This document shows, piece after piece, positions 59,222 to 64,000 of a DNA stretch of 64,000 nt. The stretch lies in assembly GCA_012295275.1 (NCBI GenBank), contig CM022668.1, positions 2,542,001 to 2,606,000 on the forward strand. The letters are read 5' to 3'. Position 1 is the stretch's first letter. Each line of letters opens with the position of its first letter. The translations under genes were made by a program, and so were the position numbers. Source of the stretch: Chrysomallon squamiferum. Its lineage: Eukaryota > Animalia > Mollusca. A model generated the notes under the pieces. That model saw only the letters and a program-made list of their open reading frames with translations, was not told the origin of the DNA and made no database searches.

Positions 59222-60355
59222 GTATAGATTATTTTGTGTTGATTATGTATGCATAACATAGACATATAATGTATCTATGTATTAGGAGTACAATATATAT
59301 TATATACATATATTTATATATATATATATGTATATATATATGTATATATTTATAATAATATATATAAAGATTATATCCTATTTATAATAATAAATAAATC
59401 GTATTATAACCCACACTGCACAGACTGTATAAAAAAACAGAAATCTCAGTTTTTCTGTACAACAAACTAATCATACTTTAATAACACATAAAAAGCTTTT
59501 AACATCAGGGAACCAACCAGTAAGTAATTGAGTCACACAGTAAATTAAATAAATTGCCACATTGCAGCCTTCTCACCTTAAAAAACACTGGTCTGTCTGT
59601 CTGTCTCTCACTCTTCATTATTGCTGCCTTCATCAGCTTGAATTTAGCATGTATTGGCATTCCATTCAGAAGAGGTTTTTTTTTTTTTCTGAATTTATAC
59701 AGATTGATGAGATGTCTGTTATTAAAGGGAATCTCTCAAAACAGACTGTCCTGATAATCAGTTGATGGTTTTTTTTTTTTTTTTGTGTTGTTATTGTGTT
59801 TTTGTCTGTGTGGTGTGTGTCTGTTCGTGTTTACTGTCCAGGGTGACAGGATGAACCCAGGTTTGAGTGACGTTTAATTTGATAAGAGTTGACAGTTGAG
59901 AAAAAGCAGATGTGTTTTCATTCCAGAGACAGATATTTAAAATTATAATATAATAATAATAATAATAATAATAAAAAAATAAAAAAAATAATAATAATAA
60001 TAGCCTTAGTAGTAATAATAGCAGTAGTAGTGGTAGTGGTAGTGGTAGTAGTTGGATAAAATGATAGTAGTTGTGGAAAAAGTGTAGTAATAATAACAGT
60101 AATAGTAGTAGTTGTTACTATAATGGTAGTTGTAGTAGTGATAATAATAATACTAATAAAATAATAATAGCAGCAGTAGTAGTAGTAGTTGTAGTAGAAA
60201 TAACAACAATGATGGTAATAATTGTAATAGTAACTGTAGTAGAAATAATAGTAGTAGCTGTAGTAATAATAATAGTTGTTGTGTTAGTGGTAGTAGTAAA
60301 TTGCAGTAAAAATTTACTATCATAAAGAATAGTAGTAGTAGTAACTATAGTAGTA

Positions 60356-60401
<46 letters not shown>

Positions 60402-60687
60402 CAGCTGTTGTTGTGATACATACCTACACATTCTCAGTACAAGAAGACAAGCCGGTACATGTTACATAAAGAGATATAAAACTTCACTGTGTTCAGACAC
60501 TCTCATTCTGTTTGTTTGAATTCAGGTTTCACCCTCTGCACCCCGTGACACAGGTAGCAGATTTATGTTAATTTTATTCTGACACCTGTAAACAAATCAC
60601 ACATCTGATACCAGAGTGTAACTGAAATAAAAATGTCTGACCCTTTTATTGTTCACCATTTTGTTGCAGTCTGTAAACTTCTGTTTG

Positions 60688-60990
60688 TTCATTCATTCAT
60701 TCATTCATTCATTCATTCATTCATTCATTCACTCATTCACTCACACATTCACTCATTCATTCATTCATTCATCCATTCACTCACTCACTCACACATTCAT
60801 TTCATTCATTCATTCATCCATTCATTCATTCATTCTCTCTTTCATTCACTCACTCACTCATTGACTCACTCATTCCTTTTCATTCATTCACTGTCTCATT
60901 AATTCACTCATATACTCTAATTCTTTCATTCATTCATTTACTCATCCACTGAATATTTCATTCACTTTTTCATTCATTCATCCTCTTTCA
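60688..60990. repeat. (CATT)n/(CACT)n microsatellite
   Basis: Direct reading. Confidence 0.9.
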
Positions 60991-61747
60991 CTCAATCATT
61001 TACTGTCATAATTAATGCTCTCACTTGTATTAAAATTATTTTGTTTTGTTCACAGATTACTGTGTTTAGAAATTTCTCACAAAAGTGAAATATCTGTCGT
61101 ATCACATCAGTACAGTATTTGTATTTACTTGATATCATTTACATAGCAACTGACAAAAACCAGCTAATACAGAAAATAATACATTTCTCTTAAATAACAA
61201 TAAATCTAACTCATTACACAATATCATTAACACAATTAATCAGAGTTAATATTTAGAACTGTTTACTAATTGCTCTCCCCCCCCATCTCAGTTTCTGACT
61301 GAACTAACCTTCACCCTCCCCCAGGAAGCTCTTCTACACTGGGGCACATTCCACCAACCGACTGTGAAAACAAACTTTTTTTTGCCTCACCACATGTCCC
61401 ACTGATCAAACCAGCATGACTGTTAATCCTCGTAATTACAACTGCTTTCTAACCTCACCCAACACACCACCCACCTCAGCCTGTCCCTGGACAAAAAATG
61501 TCCATGTGAGCAGGGCAGGAACCATGTTTTGTCCAGTAATTCTCAACTGCGGGTTCTCTAATCGAATGACGGGAGTCTTTCCCTTTTCATCAGTTGTAAT
61601 TGGATCTGCTACGAGGCAATTTGCGCAGATCTGACACTTTTGAGACGTTCCCTGGGTTTTCCCTCCATTTGTCACTGAGAGAGAGAGCAATGAATTCTTG
61701 GCTGAACCATTGTCTCGCAGAAAACTCTCACAATGCCCTGCGCCAGC

Positions 61748-61822
61748 ATGGGCAAGTTTAAAATGGGAGGATGCATCGGAAAAAAATTCAAAAATTATTT
61801 CTCTAGAAGGAAGAAAATTAAG
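61748..61822 (+). CDS. Candidate alternative first coding exon E: MGKFKMGGCIGKKFKNYFSRRKKIK (25 aa; second in-frame ATG at 61763), phase-0 donor
   Basis: Two in-frame ATGs with good context (agcATGG, aaaATGG), MGxC plus polybasic peptide, ends AAG|GTACTG (GT at 61823). Sits at the end of a roughly 500 bp GC-richer unique block. Confidence 0.7.
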
Positions 61823-62666
61823 GTACTGTTGACACATACATGTATGTGGTGATTTTTTTGTTTTTTGTGAAATTTTTTGTTGTAATTTTTAAAAAAAAAA
61901 TAGCTTTGTTAAAGAAATCTAAATGTGGAGAATGTGATTCAGCTGACTTCTTGTGATTGCCACTGTTTGCTGTTTTGTCATTTCAGTTAATTCTGAATCT
62001 TCTGTCAGGTTCTCTCTCTTATTTTTATTACTTCTATTCTTTAAAAGAAATTAAAATGTTACATTATTTGAATTTAAATTACTTTAAATTGTTATTTGTA
62101 AAAAGATTTAAAAAAAAAAAAAATATGCTGTTATTTTAGATCTCAATTTAAATATTTTCATTATTTTTTTTTTTTAAATTGATATTAAGATATTGCTGTG
62201 TAAAATATATTGTTTGACATTATAAACAAAATATTTAGATGTTTAAAAGTAATCATTTTTAAATAATAAATAAATGAGTTTTCCTGTAATGAAATATCTG
62301 TTTAAAATAATATTTTGTGTTTGATAAAGAATTAATATACACTGTTTAAAAAACATAAAAAATATTTTGATTTTAAAAATGAAAATATGTATTAAAAAAA
62401 CAGCATATCTAAAATTAAAACAGATAATAAAAATTACACCATAACTATTAATATTATATAATTACTTAAACAGAAATTAAATTTTATATTAATATCCTTC
62501 TCTCAGATATTTGACATTAAATTAGAAATAAAAATAATTCTCTCCGAAATAAAAAAAAAATAAAAAAAAATAAACCCACATTTTGTGTGAAACGTTTCGT
62601 AGCATTTAAACTGAAAGTGTTTTTCAAAATATTTAATTGTTGCATGATGTCCATGTATTGATTATT

Positions 62667-62680
62667 GTTGCCATGGAAAC
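62667..62680. promoter_or_regulatory. RFX X-box
   Basis: GTTGCCATGGAAAC, a near-perfect match to the palindromic X-box GTTGCCATGGCAAC. Confidence 0.55.
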
Positions 62681-62857
62681 AGGTGGTTTGGTTTTGTTGT
62701 AGAGGCTTGTGTAGAGTTGCATCATAAAGGTTTGAGTTCTTTCTTTGAGTGTGCAGGGTTACCAGACCTAGTGATACTGAGGCTGGAATTAATTTTATGT
62801 TGTTTGTGTATTTTTTGTTTAAAAAGTAAATGTAACAGGAAAAACTGTAATAGTTTT

Positions 62858-62917
<60 letters not shown>

Positions 62918-63796
62918 GTAAAATGATAATATTAACAGTAATAAGAACAACAGTAACAGAAGTAGTAATAATAATAATAGTAGTGGTATTAGTAGTAGCA
63001 ACAATAGCAGTAGTAGTAGTAGTAGTAGCAGCAGTGACAATAGTAGCAATAGTAGTAGTAATAATAATAATAGTAGTAGTAGTAGTGGTGGTAGTAGTAG
63101 TAGTAATCAATAATACTCATGGTAGTAGTATCTGTTTTATGGTTGTAATAGTAGATGTAGCTGCAATAGCAGCAGTAGCAGTAGCAGTAGCCATTTCAGT
63201 GGTCATATGACAGCAGTAGTAGTCAATAGTAGTGAAAATACTGGTAGTGTAAATGTCTTATCAAATAAAAGTAGTTGTAACAGTAGCAGTAGTGGTAGTA
63301 GTAGTAGTAGTAGTGGTAGTAGTAGTGGTAGTAGTAGTAGTAGTAGTAGTGGTAGTAGTAGTAGTTAATAGTAGTGAAAATACTGGTGGTAGAAATGTCT
63401 TATAAAATAAAAGTAGTTGTAACAGTAGCAGTAGTGGTAGTAGCAGTGATGGTGGTGATAGTAATGATGATGGTGAAGCTTTAGCAGTAGTATTTCAAGT
63501 AGTACTACCAGTAGTAGTTGTAGTAGTTGTAGTAGTTGTAATTGTAGTAGTTGTAGTAGTTGTAGCAGAAGTAATTGTAGTAGTTGTAGTAGTTGTAATT
63601 GTAGTTGTAGTAGTTGTACAATCCATATAAGGGTCTTTGATAAACTAGTTACAGAGTACTGGCTAGATTGGGCAATAATGCTGTGAGATAACAGAGTAGA
63701 GTTGATCATGTGACTTATAATAATTCAGTACAACTGAGTCTCTGGTGCCTGGACACATTCATAATGTGTGTGTGTGTTGTGTTGTGTTGTGTTGTG

Positions 63797-63836
<40 letters not shown>

Positions 63837-64000
63837 ATGTGTGTGTGTGTAAATAAAAAGTATATGAAAGAATGAAATTATTTTAAATAATAACACCACA
63901 ATATTTAAATATTTTGAGCTTTGATTTTTTTTTCATTTGTTTTTTATTTTGCTGTGTGCATGTTTGCGTGTTTGTGTGTCTGAATATTTGAAATTCCTTT

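Noticed and set aside
61436-61837. 133-aa minus-strand ORF
   Set aside because: Antisense to exon E and its GC-richer leader; no recognisable domain or splice support.

Overview
AT-rich eukaryotic (animal) genomic DNA, saturated with micro- and minisatellites; the texture resembles mollusc genomes, but that is inference only. Nearly all ORFs in the supplied track are translations of simple repeats. There are no rRNA, CRISPR or autonomous transposon ORFs, and no recognisable internal coding exon. The main signal is on the + strand. Across about 60 kb lie at least five separate ATG-initiated, stop-free segments (2667, 9778, 18752, 34097, 61748), each ending at a GT splice donor in phase 0, plus several weaker candidates. 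They look like an array of alternative first exons of one gene whose constant exons would lie downstream of the window. The encoded N-termini differ in predicted lipidation or phosphorylation signals: Cys/basic palmitoylation-like motifs, an MGGCIGK myristoylation motif and RxRxxS sites. Other points of note are a minisatellite that amplified one exon's splice donor about 20 times, a candidate recursive splice site, a 31-nt possible poison exon, tandem tRNA-like SINE heads and clustered TF motifs. The gene cannot be named from this window.
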